Shown here one piece after another: positions 18,718-29,230 of a DNA stretch of 64,000 nucleotides. Numbering within the stretch: position 1 is the stretch's first letter; each line of letters starts with the position of its first letter. Origin of the DNA: a virus; IMG/VR virus record IMGVR_UViG_3300045988_145033, positions 114,693 to 178,692 of that record; one strand, given 5' to 3'. The notes beneath the pieces were generated by a model. The model was not told the origin of the DNA and made no database searches. It worked only from the letters and a program-made list of their open reading frames with translations. The translations under genes and the position numbers were made by a program.

Positions 18718-21198
18718 TTATATATAACTTAAATACGGTATAACTTTCAAGTCCCCCACAGAAGTCATTTCTATAACCCCTATGCTGTCAGCCTCTGTTG
18801 CAGAATAGTATTCGTTATGTGATATAGCAAATACTTGTAAGTCTTTAACTGATGCAAAATTAACTATTATATCTAAGAACTTTCTTTTATTTTCTTTAGA
18901 CAGAGTTGCGTCCATTTCATCAAGTATAAAGACATTATAATTTGGTATCATGACGCTATTTAAAGCAAGAGTTGTAGCAAGAGCCATAATAGCCTTCTCA
19001 CCATCACTCATCTTAGATATATCGTCTGATACAAACTCATCTTTTTGAACCTTTATTATAAAATCTTTTTCAGTTATTGTAAAATCGTGAACTCTATAAG
19101 GAATGTCTGTAAGCTCTAAGAAGTTATTAGTAATTTCCTTTAGGTTTAGAACTATTCTTCTCATAACTTTAACTGGTAAATGTTTAGTTAAAGTCTCTCT
19201 TATTTTTTCACTATCCTTTTCATCTATTGTGGCTTTTTTGAGTTCATCTTCTACATATTCCCTTAAAGATATATTAAAATCTATTTTCTTTAAACTTTCT
19301 TCAAGTTCTTTTATATTTTCTTCAACTCTTTTAAGTTTCTCTTGAGTCTCAGCTTGCTCTATTCTTTTTGCTTTATCTTTAGCTATGATATTTCTTATGG
19401 ATACACTATCTTCTATTATAGAGAGTTGTATCTCTTGCATATCATTTAAAGACATATTAAAATATTCAGAAGTTTCTATATCTTGTGATACTCTTGGCAT
19501 CTTCTCATTTACCTTTTCTATCTTAGCTAGAGTTTCCTTATATTCTACGTTCCAAGTATCAAGGTTTGTCTTAATTACAACTATATCTCTATTGATAGCT
19601 TTATCGTACTCTTGTTTCTTTTCAAAATAAGATATAGCAACTCTTGATACATATATTATATCTTCAACAATACCGTCAAAAGAAAAAGCATTGCCATTAA
19701 GCAAGTATCTTCTGAAGTTATCTTTTGATTTTAGAAAATCTCCGAGTATAGATAAAGTATCATTATTCTCTATAATAGAATATACAAGTTTTATATTATA
19801 TAGTGCATTTACTTGAGTATCATACTTGTCAAGCTTTAACTTAACTTCTGATAATCTTTCTTTACTATCTTGTATATCCTTTACTATAGCTTCATATTCT
19901 TCAAGTCTTGCCCTCATATTTATAAACTCTTTTCTAAGTAAGCAAGTCTCATCTTTGCAAGACTCGGGTGGAGAAACTAGATTATCAGCTACGTATTTCT
20001 CTTCTCTTAATCTTTCTAGTCTTTCTATCTTATTTTCTAATTCACTATATAAAGCTTTAATAGGTGCTACACTTGTGTGTACTTCATTGTATACATCTTT
20101 CATATCTACAAAATTAGAAATGTCTTCTATATTACTTAGAAACTCTTTAATCTGATTATAACCTAATATAAAAGAAGATAGCTTATCGTTTGTAGTAAAA
20201 TGTCTTTTATTATTAATAGATAAATATTCGTGATTATTAAGTTCTTTCTTTATTACATCTACGTCTATTTCAGATGCTATCTGACTTTCTGCAAGTCTTA
20301 AGTTAGCATCTACTATATTTTTAGATAGAAGCTCTAATGCTCCTTGAAGTTTTGACTTTTCATTTCTTCTAGCGGACATATAATCTCCTAGAGTTGTAAG
20401 TATCTTATACTCATCTATTATATCTCTTATCTTAGTTATTATATCGGAATCTCTATCAAGTTCTTCTACTTGCATTTTAAGCTTTAATACTTCTTCATCA
20501 GACATACAGACATTCTCGTCTTTTACTTTATTTTCTAAATTCTTAAGTTGAGCTATCTCAGCCATAGTATTTGATTTATCCATGAGTAAACTCTCAGAAC
20601 TTGGAAGATTTGATAGTTCTTTTTCTTTTGCTTCTCTTGTCTTTTTAGAATGAATGTATTTTTCAGATATAACTTTCACAAGTTCTTTTGTATCTCCTAT
20701 CGGTGATATAGATTGCATGAAATCTCTTCTTGCTCCAGATTTCATATTTACTATACCTCTGTCTTCAGAATTAAGATACGCAAGTTTCATAAGTTTTGTA
20801 TCAAGTCCTATCATCTGCTTAATACGAGCTTTAACTTCATTAACTGATGAACTTTCAACTATCTGAACTTGCTTCCCGTTTTCTATCTTAGCAAGGTCAG
20901 CAATACAAGAATGTGACTCTCCATTAGGTTTATATATATAATGAACTTTATAATCTTCGCTATTATATGTAAAATACACAATCTTCTCACCAGTTTCGTA
21001 AGGTACAATATCGTATCCGTCGGAAATCGACGGAAGCAAGTTAAGTTCAGATGCGAGTGTTGATTTCCCAGTTCCATTATCTCCTACTATCATAATAGTG
21101 TGATAATCTTGTGGAAATTCTATATCTATTTTAGTTCTTTTTGTTCCTTTTACAAAACGATTAAAATTAACAAGTATTATTCTTTTAAGTTTAACCAT
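18718..21198 (-). CDS. Rad50/SbcC-like SMC-family ATPase (T4 gp46-like recombination/repair ATPase)
   Basis: N-terminal Walker A GDNGTGKST, long coiled-coil middle, C-terminal signature-like SDGEK and Walker B VFILDEMDATL. Confidence 0.65.
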   Translation of the reverse strand: MVKLKRIILVNFNRFVKGTKRTKIDIEFPQDYHTIMIVGDNGTGKSTLASELNLLPSISDGYDIVPYETGEKIVYFTYNSEDYKVHYIYKPNGESHSCIADLAKIENGKQVQIVESSSVNEVKARIKQMIGLDTKLMKLAYLNSEDRGIVNMKSGARRDFMQSISPIGDTKELVKVISEKYIHSKKTREAKEKELSNLPSSESLLMDKSNTMAEIAQLKNLENKVKDENVCMSDEEVLKLKMQVEELDRDSDIITKIRDIIDEYKILTTLGDYMSARRNEKSKLQGALELLSKNIVDANLRLAESQIASEIDVDVIKKELNNHEYLSINNKRHFTTNDKLSSFILGYNQIKEFLSNIEDISNFVDMKDVYNEVHTSVAPIKALYSELENKIERLERLREEKYVADNLVSPPESCKDETCLLRKEFINMRARLEEYEAIVKDIQDSKERLSEVKLKLDKYDTQVNALYNIKLVYSIIENNDTLSILGDFLKSKDNFRRYLLNGNAFSFDGIVEDIIYVSRVAISYFEKKQEYDKAINRDIVVIKTNLDTWNVEYKETLAKIEKVNEKMPRVSQDIETSEYFNMSLNDMQEIQLSIIEDSVSIRNIIAKDKAKRIEQAETQEKLKRVEENIKELEESLKKIDFNISLREYVEDELKKATIDEKDSEKIRETLTKHLPVKVMRRIVLNLKEITNNFLELTDIPYRVHDFTITEKDFIIKVQKDEFVSDDISKMSDGEKAIMALATTLALNSVMIPNYNVFILDEMDATLSKENKRKFLDIIVNFASVKDLQVFAISHNEYYSATEADSIGVIEMTSVGDLKVIPYLSYI

Positions 21199-21262
21199 AA
21201 TATGTTCTCCTTTATACTTTTATTCTCTAGTGGGGTGTTTGTGAAAAATTACAAAAAAAAAG

Positions 21263-21286
21263 AATATGGGGATTTCTCCCCATATT
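21263..21286 (-). terminator. terminator AATATGGGGA-TTTCT-CCCCATATT (family with 32443 and 58368)
   Basis: Hairpin + A9 on plus = T9 on minus. Confidence 0.6.
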
Positions 21287-21289
21287 AAT

Positions 21290-21862
21290 TTATACATAAT
21301 ATATTGACATATTTCTTAGCTTATCTATCTTGTCTTCTAATTTTCCTATAAGAGCTACTTTCTTTGCTTCAGGAATATCATCGCAAGTTTTAAGCCAAAT
21401 CATATATTTATCTAAAGACTTAATAGCAAACTTCTTTTCATAATCATCATAGATAAGCTTAGTAGATAGATTCTCTAAATATCTATCTATATCATCAAGG
21501 ACTGTAAGAGTTAAGTCTTTATCATTAGCTTTAGAGTAATTAGATAGTATGAAGAATTTTAAAGTAATTAGTTCATCCATATCACCGTACTTCATAGAAC
21601 GTTCACTTTCTATCCAATCTTTTTGAGTTTTCATATAAGACCTATACTCAGCTTTCTCATCGTGACTCAATTTATCATAATCTACAGACGATAGGGTCTT
21701 GTAAATATCAGACGTTCTATCAAGAATGTATTTTGCTTTATTCTTAGCTTCCATTATATTTTTATATCTCGCTTTTATAAGAGATATAAGCATAAGAGAT
21801 ACCATCACCACAAGTGTAAAAACAGCTCCAAGATACACTATCATATCAGTTTTTGTTACCAT
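21290..21862 (-). CDS. single-pass membrane protein, paralog P1 (shares WIESE...MKYGD and WLK motifs with 23388-23951)
   Basis: N-terminal TM helix; paralogy by eye. Confidence 0.5.
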   Translation of the reverse strand: MVTKTDMIVYLGAVFTLVVMVSLMLISLIKARYKNIMEAKNKAKYILDRTSDIYKTLSSVDYDKLSHDEKAEYRSYMKTQKDWIESERSMKYGDMDELITLKFFILSNYSKANDKDLTLTVLDDIDRYLENLSTKLIYDDYEKKFAIKSLDKYMIWLKTCDDIPEAKKVALIGKLEDKIDKLRNMSIYYV

Positions 21863-21872
21863 ATTTTCCTCC

Positions 21873-22214
21873 TTATTCTCCTAATACAAATCTAATATCT
21901 TTTATCCATTTAACTCTTTCTTTCTTAACTAGAAAGAAAGCTTCTGGTGATTTAAGCCAATTCTCATAGAACTTAAGTTTATTCTTAATTCCTACTCTTT
22001 CCTCTTTAGTAGCCCTATCTATTTTAATATTAGAGAATAACTCTCTCATTTCATCATAGATAGCATAGGCTTTAAATCTTTCCTCTTTTTTCTTTTCCTT
22101 AGCTTCTACATTTTTAGCAAATCCGTCAGCAAATGGTTTTATTACTAAAAACCACAAAATTGCAAGTCCGCCTAAACTCATAAGTCCTTTAATCAATCCT
22201 TCTCCGTATGTCAT
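21873..22214 (-). CDS. small membrane protein P2 (ENWLKS motif)
   Basis: N-terminal TM helix. Confidence 0.45.
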   Translation of the reverse strand: MTYGEGLIKGLMSLGGLAILWFLVIKPFADGFAKNVEAKEKKKEERFKAYAIYDEMRELFSNIKIDRATKEERVGIKNKLKFYENWLKSPEAFFLVKKERVKWIKDIRFVLGE

Positions 22215-22756
22215 TTTTCTTCCTCCTTATTACCATGCGTATAATAGAAAACTATAGCATCTAATAATTCCTTTTCATCTTTATAATATTCTAAAGGTTT
22301 TTCATTGAGATAATTCTTCATATCTATATTAAGTTTTACCCATACTGGTTGTATATCAGTTTCTTCATATAGCTTTATTTCCTTAGCATATTTATCGAGT
22401 CTACTATCATCTTTTATCTCAGTAAAGCAATAATCTATGACAGCATCTAAAAGCTCATCATTACTTTTATGAAACTTTAAAGGCTTCTTACTTTTGAAGT
22501 TCTCTATATCTTCTAATACACAAGGGTTTATATCTTCTACACTTGCAAGTTCGTCCATAAGTTTTTCGAGTTCTAAATGAGCTTTATGTAAATCTACCAT
22601 TTTAGTTTTGTCTTCTTCAATTTCAGCAATTATCTTATCCATATTATCTACAGCATTTTGTGTACGCTTTCTCTGAATGTATACACGTATAAGAGTATAG
22701 ATACTCATAGCTATAGATATAATTCCTATCGTCGATGATATAATTCTTAGAAGCAT
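22211..22756 (-). CDS. single-pass membrane protein P3 with internal ~60-aa duplication (KPLKFHKSNDELLDAVIDY / KPLEYYKDEKELLDAIVFY)
   Basis: N-terminal TM; internal repeat seen in translation. Confidence 0.5.
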   Translation of the reverse strand: MLLRIISSTIGIISIAMSIYTLIRVYIQRKRTQNAVDNMDKIIAEIEEDKTKMVDLHKAHLELEKLMDELASVEDINPCVLEDIENFKSKKPLKFHKSNDELLDAVIDYCFTEIKDDSRLDKYAKEIKLYEETDIQPVWVKLNIDMKNYLNEKPLEYYKDEKELLDAIVFYYTHGNKEEEK

Positions 22757-22968
22757 TAGTATTCACTTCCTTTACCATACTTATAATCCATAAGTATTGA
22801 GTTATATTCATCTATAGATACTGTAAATTCGGTTTCTCCAGTTTCTTGCTTTTCAAGATAAGGTATTATAACTTCATTTGTATCTTGTGTTAGTTTAACC
22901 GTATTCATTCTCATAGCTTCTATAATAGCCTCTCTTTTTTCTTTAGTCATTTTCTTATCCCCTTCCAT
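22756..22968 (-). CDS. small hypothetical protein
   Basis: 70-aa ORF, overlapping start/stop with neighbours. Confidence 0.4.
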   Translation of the reverse strand: MEGDKKMTKEKREAIIEAMRMNTVKLTQDTNEVIIPYLEKQETGETEFTVSIDEYNSILMDYKYGKGSEY

Positions 22969-23246
22969 TCTTTAAAGTTATAGTTTAAGATTTCTCCACT
23001 CAAATGATTTAACTCATTTCTAGTATCGTTATCATCAGTTTGTATAGATAACGCTGACATCAATGAAGAATATCTGCCTATATGCTTTTCTAAATTATCT
23101 TTAATATTCTCTATGATATTATCTCTATTTATTACAGCTGAAATTAAAGCTTCTTTAGAAAGTGTATTTAAAAACTCTTTATCGGATTCTTGAAACTTAT
23201 ACCCTTCTACATCTCCTACCTTGTCAAGAATGGCAGTTTCCTGCAC
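22947..23246 (-). CDS. small hypothetical protein
   Basis: 99-aa ORF. Confidence 0.4.
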   Translation of the reverse strand: MQETAILDKVGDVEGYKFQESDKEFLNTLSKEALISAVINRDNIIENIKDNLEKHIGRYSSLMSALSIQTDDNDTRNELNHLSGEILNYNFKEWKGIRK

Positions 23247-23387
23247 ATTCCTAACGGATTCTGACTTAGTTTGCTCGGAACTTAATTCTTTCTTTTTATT
23301 ATCCCCAAATAAGAACCTTACAGTCCCGTCAGCTTCTATTATTATCTCACTAGATTCTCCTACAAGTTTATCAAGTATTTCATCCTA

Positions 23388-23951
23388 TTATCTTATACTT
23401 TGTAAATGTAAAATAGCTTTCTCTAATTTAGCTTTATATAATTCTCTTTCGCTATTACTTTCACACAAAAGGTCATTACTATTAAGCCACGATATATACA
23501 TTCTATAAGCTTTTGTGTAGAACTTTATCTTATAATCATATGTAGAAGATAGTCTATTCGTTTCCCACGTAATATCATCTATATCTTCTAAAACTACACT
23601 TCTTAATGAACGATTCATACTATTAGAAAATAAGTCAAGACATTCACGTCTTAATCTCATTACATCTTCTACATTTCCGTGACGCATAACATCTTCGGAT
23701 TTTAACCATTCGAGTTGTAATCCCGCATACTCACGGTAGTTGTCTATAATAGAATAGTGTCCTGTATATATTACCTCTGAAGATGCTATCTTTAAAGCGT
23801 CACAAACATCTTTCATTCTGTCCTCTATATATTTTCTCTTTTCTTTATTACTAGGTGTATTACCATATCTATCATTAATTTCATTAAATATGATAATTAG
23901 CATGAATGAGGTAAGTACACCAAGCATAAATATTATAAAATCTCTATACAT
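23388..23951 (-). CDS. single-pass membrane protein, paralog P4 of 21290-21862
   Basis: N-terminal TM; EWLKSEDVMRHGNVED vs DWIESERSMKYGDMDE. Confidence 0.5.
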   Translation of the reverse strand: MYRDFIIFMLGVLTSFMLIIIFNEINDRYGNTPSNKEKRKYIEDRMKDVCDALKIASSEVIYTGHYSIIDNYREYAGLQLEWLKSEDVMRHGNVEDVMRLRRECLDLFSNSMNRSLRSVVLEDIDDITWETNRLSSTYDYKIKFYTKAYRMYISWLNSNDLLCESNSERELYKAKLEKAILHLQSIR

Positions 23952-23953
23952 AG

Positions 23954-25258
23954 TTACTTACCTTCCTTATGTGATAAATGTACATCTGGTATAGAAAACG
24001 CAAGAAGTCCAGCAAGTCCTACGTTATCTGAAGTTGAAGTTCCTATTGGGTCTATTATACCTAGCTGGTCCATTCTAAAACTTCTATCACGAGTTATCTC
24101 AGCGTCATCTTCTATATTTGAGATATAACCAAAGAAGTTGTATACATCAACTTCATTCGCAGACTTTGTGATAGCGTACTGATTATTATTCTTAATAATA
24201 GTACACACGGTTCTTGGGTCTACATTTATCTTAGATTTATATGTATTCAAGTTTTGCTTTTTCGCTTTCTTACCAGCTATTTTGAGTCCCTTTTTAATCT
24301 CCATTCTAAGTTTACCTCTTAGAGATGTATGAAGTGATATTACTTCTTCAGTACCACCATAAGTTGTAGCTATTATGTATCTATACAAACTATCAACAAC
24401 GTCAGTTGGTGGAATACTATCTCTTACATTTTCAACATCCATATCTTCTAAATCCCAGTGGTCTAAATCTTCTATGGTATTTTCTAAGATTTGAGCAAAC
24501 TCAGCCTTTCTATCTTCATCTTCTATATCTAGTATCTTCTCTACATCCTTTTTGGTAAGCTCTGGATTTCTTCCTAAGAATAGCAAAGGATTATAGTTAC
24601 TTGAGAATATATTAGTTATAAATATAGGCTCTCCAGTATTTGGAGATTTATCTACAGATAAGTAACTCACATAGCTTGGATGTTGACATTTAAGCTTTCC
24701 TTCTTTTGTAAGAGATATACTATCTTGTATATGAAACTTATTGAAATAATGATTTCCATTAAGTCTTATTACATTATTTATAAGTCTCGGAATGTACAAA
24801 TTCACTCTTATGAAAAGAGATTGTGGTTCTTCTTCAGTACTCATCATATTTAAATCATATGTAAGTATTTCTTGCTTTAAGTGCTCATCATACCATTCAA
24901 GTTTAGGCAAACTTAAAAGTTCTCTTCTTGTATTTGCTTTACCCGGTCCTATGGTGTTATCCGAAACCTTATCTTCGGATAGTAAAAACCAACATTCCAT
25001 ACAAGATATAACATCATCTGACATATCTATATATATGTCTTCCTTTGTCTTTGTCTTGTGCATATAATCCACATTTGTCATTCTGAAATCTTCCTCTAAA
25101 TTAACAGGAAGCATTCTGTAACCATAAAGTCTTACTCCAGTTACAGTCTTTAATATATCAACTACTATAGTTTTAAGTTCTCTTCTTTCTTTATCTACAA
25201 CCATAGGGTTAATAGAATTTATCGAAAGTTTCTCTCTTATTCTATTATTAAACTTCAT
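23954..25258 (-). CDS. hypothetical protein (434 aa)
   Basis: ORF; terminator 25283-25299 upstream region. Confidence 0.5.
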   Translation of the reverse strand: MKFNNRIREKLSINSINPMVVDKERRELKTIVVDILKTVTGVRLYGYRMLPVNLEEDFRMTNVDYMHKTKTKEDIYIDMSDDVISCMECWFLLSEDKVSDNTIGPGKANTRRELLSLPKLEWYDEHLKQEILTYDLNMMSTEEEPQSLFIRVNLYIPRLINNVIRLNGNHYFNKFHIQDSISLTKEGKLKCQHPSYVSYLSVDKSPNTGEPIFITNIFSSNYNPLLFLGRNPELTKKDVEKILDIEDEDRKAEFAQILENTIEDLDHWDLEDMDVENVRDSIPPTDVVDSLYRYIIATTYGGTEEVISLHTSLRGKLRMEIKKGLKIAGKKAKKQNLNTYKSKINVDPRTVCTIIKNNNQYAITKSANEVDVYNFFGYISNIEDDAEITRDRSFRMDQLGIIDPIGTSTSDNVGLAGLLAFSIPDVHLSHKEGK

Positions 25259-25306
25259 TATAGCTCCTTTCTAAAAAAGAAAGGCGAGCTTAACTCGCCA
25301 ATCTTA

Positions 25307-25885
25307 TTATAAAACTGATGTATGTTCAACGTCAGATTTGAACGCCATATTAACTGAGTTATCGGTTGAATATTTGTAAACTACAGTTGGCTCTCCGTGT
25401 TCATCAGTTACAACAAATGCTGCAATTCTTAATGGACCTATTGCAGCCTCTTGTTTAGCAAGGTCTGTATACAATCTGTAAGTTAATCCTTCAGATTGTA
25501 AGAAATCTACATTTTCTCCAGATTCTATACAAATTCCTATTGCTTCCATTAGCTTATTTTCAATAAGCATTAAGTCATACAGAAGACTATCAATATAATC
25601 TTTTGAAGTAGCTCCTTTGAACTGAGCTATAATTAATTTAATATTTTCTGGTATTCTCATTTCATCTTGAACGCTGTATCTTTTGATACTTGGAATACCA
25701 TTCACGTTTTTGAATTGTAATGATATAGTCGAATCTATATCTTTTGCTTCAGCATGCAATACAGCTCCACCTTGAATTAAACCAGTTATAAGATAACTTA
25801 ATTGGTTATTATCTGTCCAAGTTAAACCACCTTCAAGTTGTTCTGCTACCCATTGTTCCGCTTCTTTCTTTAAATTTCTTGCCAT
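25307..25885 (-). CDS. hypothetical protein
   Basis: ORF with GGAGG RBS. Confidence 0.5.
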   Translation of the reverse strand: MARNLKKEAEQWVAEQLEGGLTWTDNNQLSYLITGLIQGGAVLHAEAKDIDSTISLQFKNVNGIPSIKRYSVQDEMRIPENIKLIIAQFKGATSKDYIDSLLYDLMLIENKLMEAIGICIESGENVDFLQSEGLTYRLYTDLAKQEAAIGPLRIAAFVVTDEHGEPTVVYKYSTDNSVNMAFKSDVEHTSVL

Positions 25886-25912
25886 TTTTATTCCTCCTTA
25901 AAATTTGTGTAA

Positions 25913-27178
25913 TTATTTATTATTATTTTCGTCTAAAGCTGTATATCTTCTTAATAAATCTACTAAGTATTGTACATCTTTAGATTCATAGTTACCAGAC
26001 TCAAATGCCGCATAAAGTTCAGCAAAACCATACGCACCTATAGGTACTTCCATTCCACCTTCAGATAGAAGCTTGTATTCATTTTGTGTCATATCTGTAG
26101 CTTCATATCTTTCTTTATTACCGTCATTTACTTTAGGTAATTTAATAAGAGCTGTTCCTGATACATATTCTTCAGGAACTACTGTAAATTTAACCTTTAG
26201 AATATGAGATAATTTCTTAAGTTGAGAAAGTGTTACACTATCACTTTCTATAGCATTACATATTGCTTTTGCTTGAGAAACCATTTCTCTTGGAACATAG
26301 AAAGTTTGTCCACTTATAGCTTCTTTTATGTAGTTGAAGTTCATAGGGTCTATATCACCTTCTGTGAATACATAGTTAAATTCTATATACTCATCAATAT
26401 CACCACCAAATATGTCAGAAACTCCCATAAGCTCAGACAGTCTGTATTCTGATATATCATTACCAGAAGCAATATTATATATAACATACGATGCTATCTT
26501 ATTACTACTTGTGTAATCTCTTGATAGTTTTAGATTAGCTAAATCTACTACATTATGGTGTATTAAATCTGATACAAACTTCAAGCCATTTCCCGGAACT
26601 ATATTTATACCATTCCAAGAAAGTGTATTAGATATATCAAATTCATCAGGATATGTTATTCCCATCTTACTTGAATGTATTTGAACTGAGCTAAGTTCTT
26701 CTATTGGAATAGCGATACCTTCTTCTGTATTAGATTTAACATAATGCTTACCGTCTTTACTGTAAACTGATAAATCATAACTTGGATATAGAGCGTCTTT
26801 ATGAGCTACCCACCCAAAGCATACCTTTCTTACATCAAAATCTTTATATTTACTTTCTAATACGAGATGAGATGAATTGTTCCATACAATATCTTTCAAG
26901 TCCTTTTCTGGAATAAGATGAACAGCTTTACCGCTATCAACACTCGGTACTACAACTAAAGAAGTTAGCTCACCAAAATTATCCTTTTGCTTTCTAAGTA
27001 TTCTTTCAGCATCACTATTTTTTGGTTTTTTGTTTTCAAAAAGTATTGCGTTTTCTCTCTCTTGTAGTTCCTTTTGTTTCTTTTCTTCTAATGCTTTTGC
27101 ATCTTTAACAGCTTCACGAGCAGCTGTTCCAGCTCCTTTTGCAATTTCTGCATTTTTCTTTGTCATTCTAATTGTCAT
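25913..27178 (-). CDS. hypothetical, probably highly expressed protein (start MTIRMTKK; ORF-track start 27259 likely too long)
   Basis: AAGGAGGAATTAAAAATG leader identical to that of 35425-36258; promoter-like motif at 27217-27236. Confidence 0.55.
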   Translation of the reverse strand: MTIRMTKKNAEIAKGAGTAAREAVKDAKALEEKKQKELQERENAILFENKKPKNSDAERILRKQKDNFGELTSLVVVPSVDSGKAVHLIPEKDLKDIVWNNSSHLVLESKYKDFDVRKVCFGWVAHKDALYPSYDLSVYSKDGKHYVKSNTEEGIAIPIEELSSVQIHSSKMGITYPDEFDISNTLSWNGINIVPGNGLKFVSDLIHHNVVDLANLKLSRDYTSSNKIASYVIYNIASGNDISEYRLSELMGVSDIFGGDIDEYIEFNYVFTEGDIDPMNFNYIKEAISGQTFYVPREMVSQAKAICNAIESDSVTLSQLKKLSHILKVKFTVVPEEYVSGTALIKLPKVNDGNKERYEATDMTQNEYKLLSEGGMEVPIGAYGFAELYAAFESGNYESKDVQYLVDLLRRYTALDENNNK

Positions 27179-27216
27179 TTTTAATTCCTCCTTAAAATTT
27201 TTATTATGACTTTCGC

Positions 27217-27236
27217 CTACATATATAATATATAGG
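27217..27236 (-). promoter_or_regulatory. promoter-like motif TATATATTATATATGTAGGCG ~50 nt upstream of 25913-27178
   Basis: Shared motif (see findings). Confidence 0.4.
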
Positions 27237-27245
27237 CGAAATATC

Positions 27246-29132
27246 TTATTCTTCATCATTGAAATTAGGATTGTTTAATTTAACACCCATAGCCATAAAT
27301 AGAGCATTTACATTTTGTATACTTTCTTGCTCTGTCATAGAATTTATGTATTTCAAATCATCAGGGTGAAGTGAGTTCACTTGAACGTCAGCAACAAGCG
27401 ATGATTTTCTAACTGGTGTATTTCTTATTCTACTTTCACCTGTTCTTAATATAATACCACGAGAGTCAAAGCTACCCTTTGCTCTTAGAGACAACTGAGT
27501 TTCAGCAACTTGCTTCAAAGGTGTTACAAAAAGTTTAGATACAAATGCTTCTCCTAAACACATTTCTCCATGTTCTGTATTCATATAAACTTTAGTTCTT
27601 TTTACGTTAAGTCCTACAGAGTTCATATAGTTACGAGCTTCATAGCAAGTACCAATAGTAGTTCCACTATGATAAGTAGATTGATACCAACGAATTTGTG
27701 GGTCTTTTATAAAATCTTCAAATCCGCCATTTTCAAATTCATACTTATAAGCTTCATACATCTTCTTATCCATAATAGATAATATCTTTAAGATATGAGT
27801 TTTCATTTCATCTAGTGGCTTTAGCTTCTCTCTTATAAATCTTTCTATTACCATTGTGATATAAGTTTGAAACATTTCCATCGGAACTTCCATAATAGCA
27901 CGATTAAATAGTGCTAGACAGTTTCCAAGATATTCAAGGTTTCCATATTCTTTTGTGTAATATTTACCACTATTAAATACACTAGAAACTGTGAACTTAT
28001 TTCCACATCTACCTGTAATCTTTTGTCCATTTATAGGAACTTCTCTATCGACAGTTGTAATCTTTAAAACTATTGCTTTCTTTGAAAGTATTTTCTTATA
28101 TTTAAAACCGCCTTCTTTATCATAGATAGTTCTTAAGAAGTTATACTTATCTATAAAATCATATGAGAATTTAGATTCAGAATACTCATCATTTTCATAG
28201 AATTCTTTTAAGGAATCGAGTACCTCTCTTTCATACTTTCTAGTAGCTTCTATAAGTCCCGCAAGATATGTATTTTGACATTGTTCTCCAAGTTTTTGTC
28301 TACAAGTTATATCAACTACTTTTCCTCTTGCATATACTCTTTTGTCATTCTTATTAACTGAATCCATTCCACTTGCGAGTTTCACTCTTTGATACTCTCC
28401 CTTTTGCTTTGCTATTGCTAAAAGTAAATCATTTTGTATATCTTCTCCTACAAGTGGGAAAGGTCTATAAGTATCATCAGTTCCATATAGATTCTTTAGT
28501 ATATCATTATCGACATCTATTATCTCCTCCGTAACTTGATACTTCCAACCAGCAAATCTTTCAGCTAGGCTCGTAGAAATCAGTCCTGCATCTTCGATAG
28601 ATTTGACATCAATAGATAATACAGATAAAGCATTTACTCCCCATTTATACTCCATATCCTCTCCATATGAATTAGTACGTATGATAGATTCGTCTTTTGG
28701 TATTTCATCTCCTTCTTTATACGAAGATAAGTCATCTATCATTTTAACTCCATAGCCAGCTCCAGTTTCTTCATATCCGTGGAACTCTATATAGTTAAAT
28801 TCATCGTTTTCTTTATCATATAGAATATACGAAGTCACACCACAATATTCTCCATTTATATACTTCGGAATAGCTTTACAAAGTGTATAGTTATTCTCGG
28901 CAAATATATTTTTAGTAGATTTAAGAATATCATACGAGTATGCTGTATCTACTATTGGAACTTCACCGTTCTCTATTGGACGATACTGGTTCGAGGCATT
29001 CGAGAACATATTACCTCTATTTTTGGAAACCATACCCTCGTGTGGTATTATGTTACCTTTACCATTGAACCTATCGAGCATTTCATTCCATTCAGGAATT
29101 TCCTTGTATAGAGTTGTCTTTAATTCTTTCAT
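27246..29132 (-). CDS. RNA polymerase beta subunit, C-terminal piece (split msRNAP)
   Basis: GRCGNKF (cf. GRHGNKG), HGEMCLGEAF (cf. GEMEVWALEAY), C-terminal QESIQNVNALFMAMGVKLN (cf. ESFNVLLKEIRSLGINIE). Confidence 0.65.
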   Translation of the reverse strand: MKELKTTLYKEIPEWNEMLDRFNGKGNIIPHEGMVSKNRGNMFSNASNQYRPIENGEVPIVDTAYSYDILKSTKNIFAENNYTLCKAIPKYINGEYCGVTSYILYDKENDEFNYIEFHGYEETGAGYGVKMIDDLSSYKEGDEIPKDESIIRTNSYGEDMEYKWGVNALSVLSIDVKSIEDAGLISTSLAERFAGWKYQVTEEIIDVDNDILKNLYGTDDTYRPFPLVGEDIQNDLLLAIAKQKGEYQRVKLASGMDSVNKNDKRVYARGKVVDITCRQKLGEQCQNTYLAGLIEATRKYEREVLDSLKEFYENDEYSESKFSYDFIDKYNFLRTIYDKEGGFKYKKILSKKAIVLKITTVDREVPINGQKITGRCGNKFTVSSVFNSGKYYTKEYGNLEYLGNCLALFNRAIMEVPMEMFQTYITMVIERFIREKLKPLDEMKTHILKILSIMDKKMYEAYKYEFENGGFEDFIKDPQIRWYQSTYHSGTTIGTCYEARNYMNSVGLNVKRTKVYMNTEHGEMCLGEAFVSKLFVTPLKQVAETQLSLRAKGSFDSRGIILRTGESRIRNTPVRKSSLVADVQVNSLHPDDLKYINSMTEQESIQNVNALFMAMGVKLNNPNFNDEE

Positions 29133-29171
29133 TTACTTTTCCTCCTTTAAACTTAAATTAACACATCTTGT

Positions 29172-29192
29172 GTCTACATATATAATATATAG
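29172..29192 (-). promoter_or_regulatory. promoter-like motif TATATATTATATATGTAGAC upstream of beta C-piece gene
   Basis: Shared motif. Confidence 0.4.
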
Positions 29193-29230
29193 ATAAAAAA
29201 TAAAGGGTGGGTTTAACCACCCCAGTATTT

